From: Shewanella sp.
Lineage (GTDB): Bacteria > Pseudomonadota > Gammaproteobacteria > Enterobacterales > Shewanellaceae
Assembly: GCF_048265805.1 (NCBI RefSeq)
Contig: NZ_JBLXAT010000012.1
Coordinates: forward strand, 15,412-79,411
Length of the DNA stretch: 64,000 bases
Direction of reading: 5' to 3'
Under the pieces are notes generated by a model. That model saw only the letters and a program-made list of their open reading frames with translations, did no database searches and had not been told where the DNA came from. Made by a program: the position numbers and the translations under genes. Below, one piece after another: positions 20,580 through 29,825 of the stretch. Numbering within the stretch: the first letter of the stretch is position 1; every line of letters starts with the position of its first letter.

Positions 20580-21401
20580 ATGGCTATTACCGTTAATACT
20601 AATGTGACTTCATTAAAGTCACAAAAGAACCTGAATCAATCTAACAGCAACCTCGCTACGTCGATGGAACGTTTGTCTTCAGGTTTACGCATTAATAGTG
20701 CAAAAGATGATGCGGCTGGTCTGGCAATTTCTGACCGCTTGAATAGCCAAATCCGTGGTTTAGAAGTGGGTATGCGTAACGCAAATGACGCCATATCTAT
20801 TGCACAGATTGCCGAAGGGGCAATGCAAGAACAAACGAACATGCTACAGCGTATGCGTGATTTGGCCATTCAGTCAGAAAACGGCGCGAATAGCAGCTCA
20901 GACTTGCAGTCAATTCAAGATGAAATTGATCAATTGGCGCAAGAGATCACTGAGATCGGTAACAACACCGCCTTTGGTAATACCAAGCTGATGACGGGTG
21001 ACTTCGAAGCGGGTAAGTTATTCCAGGTGGGTCACCAAGCGGGTGAGGATATTACTATCTCGATTGCCACTAATAATGCGGCTGAATTTTCAGTTAACTC
21101 GCTTGATGTCCGTACGTCGGCGACAAGAAGTACTGTACTGAGTAAAATTGACGGTGCAATTAACTCAATTGACAGCCAGCGGGCGAAGTTAGGTGCGGTG
21201 CAGAACCGCTTGGAATATAACATCAGCAATAGCGCCAATACTCAAGCTAACGTATCTGATGCTAGAAGCCGTATTGTTGACGTGGATTTTGCCAAAGAAA
21301 CGGCAACCATGACCAAGAACCAAGTGTTGCAACAGTCAGGCGCGGCGATGTTATCTCAAGCTAACCAGTTACCGCAGATTGCACTGAGCTTGCTGCAGTA
21401 A
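20580..21401 (+). CDS. flaA: Flagellin, short form (273 aa)
   Basis: [18 protein letters not shown]...[24 protein letters not shown]... with C-terminus [40 protein letters not shown]. The symbol follows the Shewanella naming order and is tentative. Confidence 0.9.
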   Translation: MAITVNTNVTSLKSQKNLNQSNSNLATSMERLSSGLRINSAKDDAAGLAISDRLNSQIRGLEVGMRNANDAISIAQIAEGAMQEQTNMLQRMRDLAIQSENGANSSSDLQSIQDEIDQLAQEITEIGNNTAFGNTKLMTGDFEAGKLFQVGHQAGEDITISIATNNAAEFSVNSLDVRTSATRSTVLSKIDGAINSIDSQRAKLGAVQNRLEYNISNSANTQANVSDARSRIVDVDFAKETATMTKNQVLQQSGAAMLSQANQLPQIALSLLQ

Positions 21402-21433
21402 TCTTGTTTTAACCGTTCACTCTTCCTATTAAG

Positions 21434-21468
21434 AAACCTACTCTGTGATTTATAGAGTAGGTTTTTTT
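21434..21468 (+). terminator. Intrinsic terminator after the first flagellin gene
   Basis: aaacctactct-gtgatttat-agagtaggttt followed by tttt: an 11-bp stem and a T-run. Confidence 0.8.
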
Positions 21469-21518
21469 ATTTAAAAACAGTGGGATAATTATTTTTTAAA
21501 AAAAATTAAAAAAGTCGC

Positions 21519-21545
21519 TAAAGCTTAGAACCTCGGTGCCGTTAA
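21519..21545 (+). promoter_or_regulatory. Sigma-28 promoter for the second flagellin gene
   Basis: TAAAGCTT-N11-GCCGTTAA compared with the consensus TAAAGTTT-N11-GCCGATAA. A long A/T tract that could act as an UP element precedes it. Confidence 0.8.
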
Positions 21546-21624
21546 AGTTAGTGTAAGCAGAATGTCCGCCTGGCTTAAGTAAGACAGGCCTGTTTCTTAA
21601 GTCAGGTATACGAGGAATTTAATT

Positions 21625-22434
21625 ATGGCTATTACAGTTAACACTAACTTCACCTCAATGAGAGCGCAAAAGAACTTAAACAGTTCAAACAGTGATTTAG
21701 CGACCTCAATGCAACGTTTGTCATCTGGTCTGCGTATTAACAGCGCTAAAGATGACGCAGCAGGCTTGGCCATCTCTGACCGTCTGAATAGCCAAATCGG
21801 TGGGTTGGATGTTGGTATGCGTAATGCTAACGATGCAATCTCAATTGCGCAAATCGCCGAAGGTGCGATGCAAGAGCAAACTAACATGTTGCAACGTATG
21901 CGTGACCTGACGGTTCAAGCAGGTAACGGTGCCAACAGCTCTGACGACCTCGATGCGATTCAAGCAGAAATCGACGAGCTGTCTACCGAGATCACCAGTA
22001 TTTCAGATAGTACAGCGTTTGGTAACACAAATATTCTGGATGGCACCTTCTCTAATAAGAGCTTCCAAGTAGGTCACCAAGCGGATGAAACTATTACACT
22101 GTCAATTGCTGGTACTGATGCGACTGACCTTGGCGTTGATACTTTGAATGTTTCGACTGGTCGTAGTGCGGCTTTGACTGCAATCGACGCAGCTATCAAG
22201 AGCATCGATAGCCAACGTGCCGATTTAGGTGCGAAGCAGAACCGCTTGAGCTATAACGTAAGCAACAGCTTAAACGTTCAAGCTAACGTGTCTGATGCGA
22301 AAAGCCGTATCGTGGATGTTGACTTCGCCAAAGAAACCTCCACTATGACTAAAAACCAAGTGTTGCAACAAACGGGTTCAGCTATGTTAGCGCAAGCTAA
22401 CCAGATCCCTCAGATTGCACTGTCACTGCTATAA
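21625..22434 (+). CDS. flaB: Flagellin, short form (269 aa)
   Basis: A paralogue of the upstream flagellin. The termini are conserved at protein level but differ at many synonymous sites, and the central region diverges. Confidence 0.9.
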   Translation: MAITVNTNFTSMRAQKNLNSSNSDLATSMQRLSSGLRINSAKDDAAGLAISDRLNSQIGGLDVGMRNANDAISIAQIAEGAMQEQTNMLQRMRDLTVQAGNGANSSDDLDAIQAEIDELSTEITSISDSTAFGNTNILDGTFSNKSFQVGHQADETITLSIAGTDATDLGVDTLNVSTGRSAALTAIDAAIKSIDSQRADLGAKQNRLSYNVSNSLNVQANVSDAKSRIVDVDFAKETSTMTKNQVLQQTGSAMLAQANQIPQIALSLL

Positions 22435-22474
22435 ATACTTAGCTGGAACAGTTAACGCACTGATAAATTTGGTA

Positions 22475-22508
22475 AAAGGGAGGTTCGCTTGTCGAGTCTC
22501 CCTTTGTT
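22475..22508 (+). terminator. Intrinsic terminator after the second flagellin gene
   Basis: aaagggag-gttcgcttgtcgagt-ctcccttt followed by gtt. Confidence 0.55.
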
Positions 22509-22562
22509 GCTACCAAGGATTGTGTTAGTCAACAGTAAATTGACTTTTCAATTGGAGGTAAG

Positions 22563-22964
22563 ATGATGGATATCAGTATTTCGTCATCCAACGCCGTAGT
22601 AGCAAAAACGGACGTCAGCTCAGCAGCTAACAATGCAAAGGCTGAGCAAGTTGTAAAGACGATGTTTCAGCAAAAAGACGCGGCTATTGAGTTAGAGCAA
22701 CAGGCACAAACTCAATCAGAGCAGAACGATGCGATGAGTGCTGAAGATCTGCAAGGTGTTGTTGAACAACTGTCCTCGAATATGGAAATGATGAAAAAAG
22801 GCTTACAGTTTCGTGTAGATGATGATTCTGGCACGAATATTGTTAGTGTTATGGATATCAGTTCTGGGGAGGTTATTCGTCAAATTCCTTCCGAAGAAGC
22901 GTTGGAATTAGCAAGTAAACTTTCAGATGTAGCCGCTGGTTTGCTAATGAAGACGGAAGCATAG
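22563..22964 (+). CDS. flaG: FlaG family protein
   Basis: 133 aa, located between the flagellins and fliD. The C-terminus LQFRVDDDSGTNIVSVMDISSGEVIRQIPSEEALELA is the FlaG signature. Confidence 0.85.
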   Translation: MMDISISSSNAVVAKTDVSSAANNAKAEQVVKTMFQQKDAAIELEQQAQTQSEQNDAMSAEDLQGVVEQLSSNMEMMKKGLQFRVDDDSGTNIVSVMDISSGEVIRQIPSEEALELASKLSDVAAGLLMKTEA

Positions 22965-22991
22965 CTTAGCTAGATTTCGAGAGAGGTTAAT

Positions 22992-24359
22992 ATGGCTCTT
23001 ACAGCAACAGGCATTGGTTCTGGCTTAAACATCACTGACATTGTGAACACGTTAGTCAGTGCTGAGCGGACACCAAAAGAAGATCGGCTAGATAGTCAGG
23101 AAAAAGATCTTGACGCTAAAGTTTCTGCCATCGGCTCGCTGAAGAGTGCGCTGACAACCTTTCAAGATGCGTTAGAGAAACTGAGCGACCCTGAAGCTTT
23201 GAATATCCGTAAGGTGACTCAGAGCTCGGAAGACTTCTTTAGTGTGACCGCTGATAAAGACGCACGTGCCGGCAGTTACAATGTGGTGGTTGAGTCATTA
23301 GCCTCATCGCAGAAGTTAGCCGGTGTGGCTGTGGCCGATGACAGTAACGGTATCGGTGAAGGCAGTTTGTCATTTGATATCCAGGGCAAGAGTTTTTCCG
23401 TGGATGTCGGTGCGAGCGATTCGCTAGAGGATATTGCTAATAGTATCAATAATGCCGACGACAATGTTGGTGTGACCGCGACGGTTGTCAATACCGATGC
23501 CGGTAAACGTTTGGTGTTTAGTTCCGATAAAACAGGGACTGAAAATGCTATCAGTGTGTCAGCCGTTGATACTGCAGGCACTGGGTTGAGTAGTACCTTT
23601 GGTGCTGGGCAGTTGGAGACAATCCAAGCAGCAACTGATTCCGTGATTAAAATTGATGGACAGACGCTTACCTCATCGTCAAACACCATTGAAGGCGCCA
23701 TTTCTGGTGTCACCTTTGAGCTTACTGATGCTGATGTGGGTAAAACCACGAAGTTAACCATTGCTCAAGATGACGATGCCGTGCAAGAGAATATTCAAGG
23801 TTTTGTTGACGCTTATAACACCTTGATGAGTAAAATGGATTCTCTGTCCAGCTACAATATGGAGACCAACACCTCCGCGGCGCTACAGGGCGATTCCATC
23901 ATTCGCTCGTTGCAGTCACAGCTACGTAATATGGTCAGCTCAAGGGTCGATGATGGTCAGGGCGGAAGTATCGCATTGTACGATATAGGGGTTTCTGCTG
24001 ACCGCCAAGGTCGTTTGACGGTTGATTCGACTAAGCTGACTGACGCCTTGTCATCTAACATGAGCAGTATCGGTACGCTGTTCGCACAGAAAGATACAGG
24101 CATTGCAGCGCGGATGGACTCGGTGGTTGATGGGTATGTCAAATCTAATGGTATGATTGCAAGCCGGCAGAATTCGTATACGCAAGAGCAAAGTCGTATC
24201 GATGACCAACGAGAAGCGCTAGACCGACGTATGGAGCTGTTACAGTCGCGTTTGACTGCTCAGTATAATGCGATGGATCTGGTGGTTTCCAACCTTAACT
24301 CACAAGGTAATAGTGCACTCAGTGCCCTTAATTCATTACCTGGTGTTGTTAGGTCGTAA
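22992..24359 (+). CDS. fliD: Filament cap protein FliD (HAP2)
   Basis: GIGSGLNITDIVNTLVSAERTPKEDRLDSQEKDLDAKVSAIGSLKSAL... with C-terminus RLTAQYNAMDLVVSNLNSQ. Confidence 0.9.
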   Translation: MALTATGIGSGLNITDIVNTLVSAERTPKEDRLDSQEKDLDAKVSAIGSLKSALTTFQDALEKLSDPEALNIRKVTQSSEDFFSVTADKDARAGSYNVVVESLASSQKLAGVAVADDSNGIGEGSLSFDIQGKSFSVDVGASDSLEDIANSINNADDNVGVTATVVNTDAGKRLVFSSDKTGTENAISVSAVDTAGTGLSSTFGAGQLETIQAATDSVIKIDGQTLTSSSNTIEGAISGVTFELTDADVGKTTKLTIAQDDDAVQENIQGFVDAYNTLMSKMDSLSSYNMETNTSAALQGDSIIRSLQSQLRNMVSSRVDDGQGGSIALYDIGVSADRQGRLTVDSTKLTDALSSNMSSIGTLFAQKDTGIAARMDSVVDGYVKSNGMIASRQNSYTQEQSRIDDQREALDRRMELLQSRLTAQYNAMDLVVSNLNSQGNSALSALNSLPGVVRS

Positions 24360-24362
24360 TTT

Positions 24363-24686
24363 ATGGAACTGAAAGATAACATCAGCCAAGTCAATAAGGA
24401 ACTGACGTCAGTGCTTGATCAGCTGCTGACCATGGCGGTGGAAAATGAGCGTAGCGACGGGCTGGTCCAGCGAGTACAAGCTCTGGTCGAGGCACGGCAG
24501 CAACTGTTGTCCAAGCTCGTTCAAGTTGAAACGAATGCTAAAATACTGCAAGCTCAAGTCGATATGAGCCGCAAGTTGGAAGAAAAAGCGAAAGAGGTTC
24601 GTGAGTATCGAAAAAACTTGATCGTTTCGTCGAATAAGAAGCAACGCCAACTAAAAATATATAATTCTGTAGATGCTAACAGGTAG
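24363..24686 (+). CDS. Small coiled-coil protein in the FlaI/FliT slot between fliD and fliS (putative export-chaperone-like protein)
   Basis: 107 aa and all-helical, tightly packed between fliD and fliS as Vibrio flaI is. The call rests on position only. Confidence 0.5.
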   Translation: MELKDNISQVNKELTSVLDQLLTMAVENERSDGLVQRVQALVEARQQLLSKLVQVETNAKILQAQVDMSRKLEEKAKEVREYRKNLIVSSNKKQRQLKIYNSVDANR

Positions 24687-24693
24687 GTAGGAT

Positions 24694-25101
24694 ATGAGAG
24701 GCTCATTACAGTCATATCGCAAGGTATCACTAGAGAGTGAGATTGCAGTAGCATCTCCACATCGCTTAGTTCAGTTGATGTTTAAAGGCGCGCTTGAACG
24801 TGTAGCGCAAAGCCGATATGCCATTGAACAAGGCAACATTAGTGCTAAAGGTGAGTACATAGGTAAGGCCATTGGCATTATTAATGGATTACAAAATAGC
24901 CTGAATATGAACGCAGGTGGCAATATCGCTGCTAATCTGAATCAACTTTACGATTTCATGATTATGCGTTTGTCTCACGCCAATCTAAATAACGACGCTG
25001 CAGCATTAGATGATGTGTCAGCAATTCTACGCGAAATTAAAGAAGCGTGGGACGCGATCCCTTCTGAGCAACACCACTTGACGTCAAGCGACGATAACTA
25101 A
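24694..25101 (+). CDS. fliS: Flagellin export chaperone FliS
   Basis: SLESEIAVASPHRLVQLMFKGALERVAQSRYAIEQGNISAKGEYIGKAIGIINGL...LYDFMIMRL. Confidence 0.9.
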   Translation: MRGSLQSYRKVSLESEIAVASPHRLVQLMFKGALERVAQSRYAIEQGNISAKGEYIGKAIGIINGLQNSLNMNAGGNIAANLNQLYDFMIMRLSHANLNNDAAALDDVSAILREIKEAWDAIPSEQHHLTSSDDN

Positions 25102-25374
25102 TTGTTGCTGAACATAAAATAATCAATTTTCACCGATATAATCTTGTCGTTGCGTCATTGTTTTGACGCAACTGCAGGCAGTTCATAAATTTTTGGTCTA
25201 AAATCGGAAAGATAGGCTGATAAAGGTAACGATAGGCTTGCTTATATCTGGCTGATAATACAATATTCAGCATTGCAATTTTAAATCGCCTGTGACGTGG
25301 ATGTTATTATCGCGGTGCTTTCAAGAGCAACACTGTCAAAGTTAACAATAACCTAGAGCTTAGCGGCCTACTGA

Positions 25375-26805
25375 ATGATGCAGATAGATCAACGGATTAT
25401 ACTTGTCGGAACCCCATCAGAAAGCGCCAATCGCCTTAGCTGTGTGCTAGAGTTTATAGGCGAACAGGTTGAAGTGATCACCGCTGATACCGCTGAAAAA
25501 CTAACTCCGGAACTACGCTGTCGCGCGTTAATTCTGTTAACAGAAACGTTATCTGAATTAGAACAACAACTGCTTATTTCGCGTTTGCCATGGCAGCCAA
25601 TGTTAAGTATGGGCTCAGCAGCTGTAGAAGCTTCCAACATTCTAGGTAACATTGAATTACCGCTAAGCTACCATCAAGTCACTGAGTTACTGCATTACTG
25701 CCAAGTCTTCGGACAAGTAAAACGTCCTCAGGTTCCTACCAGCGCAAACCAAACAAAACTGTTTCGTAGCCTCGTTGGCCGTAGCGATGGCATTGCCAAC
25801 GTGCGTCATTTGATTGGGCAAGTGGCATCGTCTGATGCGACAGTACTGGTATTAGGGCCATCTGGCACGGGTAAAGAAGTGGTCGCACGTAACATTCATT
25901 ACATGTCGGAACGTCGCGAAGGGCCGTTTATTCCGGTTAACTGCGGCGCAATTCCGCCAGAACTGTTAGAAAGTGAGCTGTTTGGCCATGAAAAAGGCTC
26001 ATTTACAGGAGCAATTAGCTCTCGTAAAGGTCGCTTTGAGCTGGCTGAGGGCGGTACGCTATTCTTAGATGAAATTGGTGACATGCCGTTGCAGATGCAA
26101 GTGAAGTTATTACGTGTATTGCAAGAGCGTGTATTTGAACGTGTCGGCGGTAATAAGCCACTTCCTGCCAATGTGCGTGTGGTCGCCGCGACGCACCGCA
26201 ATTTGGAACATATGATTGAGGAAGGTAACTTCCGTGAAGATCTGTTCTATCGCTTAAACGTATTCCCCATCGAAATGCCGCCACTGTGTGACCGCAAAGA
26301 AGATATTCCCTTGCTGCTGCAGGAGCTGGTAAGCCGTGTCTTTAATGAAGGTAAGGGACGTGTGCGTTTTACCCAGCGTGCTATCGATTCGTTAAAAGAG
26401 CATGTTTGGTCGGGTAACGTTCGTGAACTTTCTAATCTCGTTGAACGTTTGACTATCCTCTATCCGGGCGGTTTGGTGGATGTAAATGATCTGCCGATTA
26501 AATATCGTTACATTGATGTGCCGGAATACTCGGTTGAAGTCAGTGAAGAGTTACAAGAGCGCGATGCGCTAGCATCTATCTTTAACGATGATGAACCGGT
26601 CGAGATCCCTGAAACTCGCTTCCCAAGCGAGTTACCACCAGAAGGGGTGAACCTTAAAGACTTACTGGCCGAGCTGGAAATCGATATGATTCGCCAAGCG
26701 CTCGATCAGCAAGACAATGTGGTCGCCCGCGCCGCAGAAATGCTCGGTATTCGCCGTACTACGCTAGTTGAAAAAATGCGTAAATACGGTATGACCAAAG
26801 ACTAA
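25375..26805 (+). CDS. flrA: Sigma-54-dependent flagellar master regulator FlrA/FleQ
   Basis: The N-domain is FleQ-like and I see no DD..D..K phospho-acceptor pattern. The AAA+ core has [14 protein letters not shown] and DEIGDM, and a C-terminal HTH reads [25 protein letters not shown]. Confidence 0.9.
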   Translation: MMQIDQRIILVGTPSESANRLSCVLEFIGEQVEVITADTAEKLTPELRCRALILLTETLSELEQQLLISRLPWQPMLSMGSAAVEASNILGNIELPLSYHQVTELLHYCQVFGQVKRPQVPTSANQTKLFRSLVGRSDGIANVRHLIGQVASSDATVLVLGPSGTGKEVVARNIHYMSERREGPFIPVNCGAIPPELLESELFGHEKGSFTGAISSRKGRFELAEGGTLFLDEIGDMPLQMQVKLLRVLQERVFERVGGNKPLPANVRVVAATHRNLEHMIEEGNFREDLFYRLNVFPIEMPPLCDRKEDIPLLLQELVSRVFNEGKGRVRFTQRAIDSLKEHVWSGNVRELSNLVERLTILYPGGLVDVNDLPIKYRYIDVPEYSVEVSEELQERDALASIFNDDEPVEIPETRFPSELPPEGVNLKDLLAELEIDMIRQALDQQDNVVARAAEMLGIRRTTLVEKMRKYGMTKD

Positions 26806-26839
26806 ACTTCTATCTAACTGAAAATTATTAAAATTTTTA

Positions 26840-26855
26840 TGGCATAGAATCTGCA
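26840..26855 (+). promoter_or_regulatory. Sigma-54 promoter for flrBC
   Basis: TGGCAT-AGAAT-CTGCA, GG-N10-GC correctly spaced. Confidence 0.65.
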
Positions 26856-26892
26856 TTCACTCCGTCAATAGCATTATTTTGACGGAGTGCAT

Positions 26893-27972
26893 ATGGCAAC
26901 CCAAGCACTGGCAAAACTCGAAACCATCTCTCATCGTGGTCATCAATGGATCCAGATGAGCGAAGCAGCGAATATGTCCGATCGTATGGAGCATATCCTG
27001 CAAGCTATGCCTTCTGGTATTGTCATTCTTAATGAAGATGGCCGAGTGTCTGAAGCCAATCCCGTCGCTGAATCTTTGTTAGGTCTGCCATTGGTGGGCG
27101 AACGTTGGTTGACCATTATCAACCGTTCTTTCGCACCGCAAAAAGACGATGGTCATGAGGTCTCTCTTCGCAATGGCCGTCGTGTGAAATTGCAAATTAC
27201 TCCGCTAGGGCAAGACAATGGCCAGCTTATCGTCATTACCGACCTGACCGAAACCCGCTTATTGCAGCAGAACTTAGCTCACTTACAACGGCTAAGTGCA
27301 CTGGGCAAGATGGTGGCCAACTTAGCACATCAAATCCGCACACCATTATCGGCGGCATTACTGTACGCCGCTAATCTTGGCAACCCACGTTTGCAAGATG
27401 AATCGCGTGGACGTTTCCAGCAAAAACTGGTGGATCGGCTGGGTGAGTTAGAGCGTCAAGTCAATGACATGTTGTTGATTGCTAAAGGGCGCCAAGAGCA
27501 GCAGGGCGAAGAAGTCCTCGTCAGTGATATACTGAATAATGTCTACGCCAACTGTGAACCTATCTGCGCCAAACATAATGCCAGTTTAGCGCTCGTTGTC
27601 ACCGATGATGCGGCGGTGTTGGCAAACCTGCACGGGCTATCATCCGCCATCAATAACCTAGTGCTCAATAGCTTAGAAGCGGGCGCTACGCAAATTACCA
27701 TGAGCACCGATTTAGCCGATAACCAAATCTGTCTCACCATTGCAGACAATGGCAAGGGCATGGACGGTGAACTGCAGCAAAAGGTGCTGGAACCTTTCTT
27801 TACTACCAAAGCTCGCGGTACCGGCCTCGGTTTGGCGGTGGTGCAGTCGGTCGTCAAAAGTCATGGCGGCGAGTTATCTATTCACTGTGTTCCCGGTAAT
27901 GGTTGTGCCATCAGCCTGAATTTACCGTTACTTCAACGCCGCGCCTCAGCGCTAGCAGGAGAAGCGTTATGA
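26893..27972 (+). CDS. flrB: Sensor histidine kinase FlrB/FleS
   Basis: A PAS-like N-terminus, the H-box LAHQIRTPLSA, and the G-boxes DNGKGM and GTGLGLAVV. I preferred the ATG at 26893 over the GTG at 26887 because of ribosome-binding-site spacing. Confidence 0.85.
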   Translation: MATQALAKLETISHRGHQWIQMSEAANMSDRMEHILQAMPSGIVILNEDGRVSEANPVAESLLGLPLVGERWLTIINRSFAPQKDDGHEVSLRNGRRVKLQITPLGQDNGQLIVITDLTETRLLQQNLAHLQRLSALGKMVANLAHQIRTPLSAALLYAANLGNPRLQDESRGRFQQKLVDRLGELERQVNDMLLIAKGRQEQQGEEVLVSDILNNVYANCEPICAKHNASLALVVTDDAAVLANLHGLSSAINNLVLNSLEAGATQITMSTDLADNQICLTIADNGKGMDGELQQKVLEPFFTTKARGTGLGLAVVQSVVKSHGGELSIHCVPGNGCAISLNLPLLQRRASALAGEAL

Positions 27973-29309
27973 GTGATACCAAATTGTTACTGGTCGAAGA
28001 TGATAACGACTTACGTGAAGCGTTGATCGATACTTTGTCCTTGGCCGATTACCAATGCGTTGATGTGGCGAGCGCCGAAGAAGCGATTGTCGCATTGAAG
28101 AAATGCAGCTTTGACATGGTCATCAGCGATGTGCAGATGGACGGCATTGGTGGCATGGGGCTGCTTGATTATATGAAGCAAAATTGCCCTGAACTGCCAG
28201 TACTGCTGATGACGGCTTATGCCACCATCGATAGCGCCGTGAGTGCTATCAAACTCGGCGCGGTCGATTACTTAGCCAAACCGTTTTCGCCTGAAGTGTT
28301 ACTGAACCAAGTGAGCCGCTATTTGGCACCTAAGCCAGTATCGGGCGAACCGATTGTGGCAGATGACAAGAGTATCGCGCTACTTGATTTAGCCAAGCGC
28401 GTGGCTCAGTCAGACGCGTCTGTGATGATCCTTGGTCCTAGTGGCTCAGGGAAAGAAGTGCTGGCACGCTATATTCATCAAAAAAGTCCTCGTATTGATC
28501 AGCCGTTCATCGCTATCAACTGTGCCGCTATTCCCGAAAACATGCTAGAAGCGACGTTGTTTGGTTACGAAAAAGGCGCGTTTACAGGGGCTTATCAAGC
28601 CTGTCCCGGTAAGTTCGAACAAGCGCAAGGCGGTACATTGCTGCTGGATGAAATTTCAGAAATGGATCTCGGCTTACAAGCCAAGCTGCTACGTGTGTTA
28701 CAGGAGCGGGAAGTCGAACGTCTTGGCGGCCGCAAAACCATCAAGCTTGACGTGCGGGTACTAGCAACCTCTAACCGCGATTTAAAAGAGTCGGTGGCGA
28801 AAGGCGAGTTCCGTGAAGATCTGTACTACCGCATCAACGTGTTTCCACTCGCTTGGCCTGCGTTGAATCAACGCCCTGCGGATATTATTCCATTAGCCAA
28901 GCATTTAGTGGCAAAACATGCTGGGCTGAGCCATATTAAACCCGTGCCTGAGTTGTCCGACAGCGCGATACGCAAGTTGTTAAGCCATCGCTGGCCCGGT
29001 AACGTACGCGAGTTAGATAACGTCATTCAACGGGCGCTAATTCTGCATCGTAACAGCCAGATAGATGCTGCTGACATTATTTTAGACTTGTATGATGTGA
29101 CTCAGCCGCTTGAAGAGCGCCAGCCAGACCCTATCAATGAAGGGCTAGGTGATGAGCTAAAAGCGCAAGAACACCAGATTATTTTAGAAACGCTCAACCA
29201 ATGCCAAGGCTCTCGCAAACTGGTGGCCGAAAAACTGGGCATCAGTGCTCGTACCCTGCGTTATAAAATGGCGCGTATGCGTGATATGGGCATTGATATT
29301 CCCGCCTAA
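27969..29309 (+). CDS. flrC: Sigma-54-dependent response regulator FlrC/FleR
   Basis: REC domain (KLLLVEDDNDL...VISDVQMDG...YLAKP) plus an AAA+ domain (GPSGSGKE, GAFTGA) plus an HTH. Its start overlaps the flrB stop as ATGA. Confidence 0.9.
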   Translation: MSDTKLLLVEDDNDLREALIDTLSLADYQCVDVASAEEAIVALKKCSFDMVISDVQMDGIGGMGLLDYMKQNCPELPVLLMTAYATIDSAVSAIKLGAVDYLAKPFSPEVLLNQVSRYLAPKPVSGEPIVADDKSIALLDLAKRVAQSDASVMILGPSGSGKEVLARYIHQKSPRIDQPFIAINCAAIPENMLEATLFGYEKGAFTGAYQACPGKFEQAQGGTLLLDEISEMDLGLQAKLLRVLQEREVERLGGRKTIKLDVRVLATSNRDLKESVAKGEFREDLYYRINVFPLAWPALNQRPADIIPLAKHLVAKHAGLSHIKPVPELSDSAIRKLLSHRWPGNVRELDNVIQRALILHRNSQIDAADIILDLYDVTQPLEERQPDPINEGLGDELKAQEHQIILETLNQCQGSRKLVAEKLGISARTLRYKMARMRDMGIDIPA

Positions 29310-29328
29310 CAATGTACCGACTCTCTCC

Positions 29329-29368
29329 GCGGTGGCAGGTTGTGTTGTTGTCACCGCATTTTTCTTTT
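29329..29368 (+). terminator. Probable terminator after flrC
   Basis: A gcggtg...caccgc stem followed by atttttctttt. The loop is long, so this is only moderately convincing. Confidence 0.45.
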
Positions 29369-29389
29369 CAAAACATCCACATAAAAAAC

Positions 29390-29405
29390 TGGCAACCAAA
29401 TTGCA
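29390..29405 (+). promoter_or_regulatory. Sigma-54 promoter for fliE-fliJ
   Basis: TGGCAA-CCAAA-TTGCA. Confidence 0.7.
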
Positions 29406-29458
29406 TTGTTCTGATTAAGTTGATTACCGCCGTCAAATAGCTGACGAAGGAGAAGAAC

Positions 29459-29791
29459 ATGCAAATCGGTGCTAACTCATTACTGCAACAGATGCAGTCC
29501 CTGCAAGGGGAGCTCGCCCCCGCTGGCGAAATCACGCCTTCAGTACGTAATGTCAACAACAGCTCCGGTGCGGATTTTTCTAATCTGTTAGCCCAAGCGG
29601 TCGGCCATGTCAGCAATTTACAGACAACTGCTGGTGATTTAGCCACTCGATTAGACATGGGGGATACCAGTGTCACCCTTTCTGATACTGTTATCGCCCG
29701 CGAAAAAGCGGGGGTCGCCTTTGAGGCCACAGTTCAGGTGCGCAACAAGTTAGTTGAAGCCTATAAAGAAATCATGAGTATGCCTATCTAG
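29459..29791 (+). CDS. fliE: Hook-basal body protein FliE
   Basis: 110 aa. FSNLLAQAVGHVSNLQTTAG...AREKAGVAFEATVQVRNKLVEAYKEIMSMPI. Confidence 0.9.
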   Translation: MQIGANSLLQQMQSLQGELAPAGEITPSVRNVNNSSGADFSNLLAQAVGHVSNLQTTAGDLATRLDMGDTSVTLSDTVIAREKAGVAFEATVQVRNKLVEAYKEIMSMPI

Positions 29792-29825
29792 GCCTCAACC
29801 TTAATTCACTGAGCAGGTAACTATC

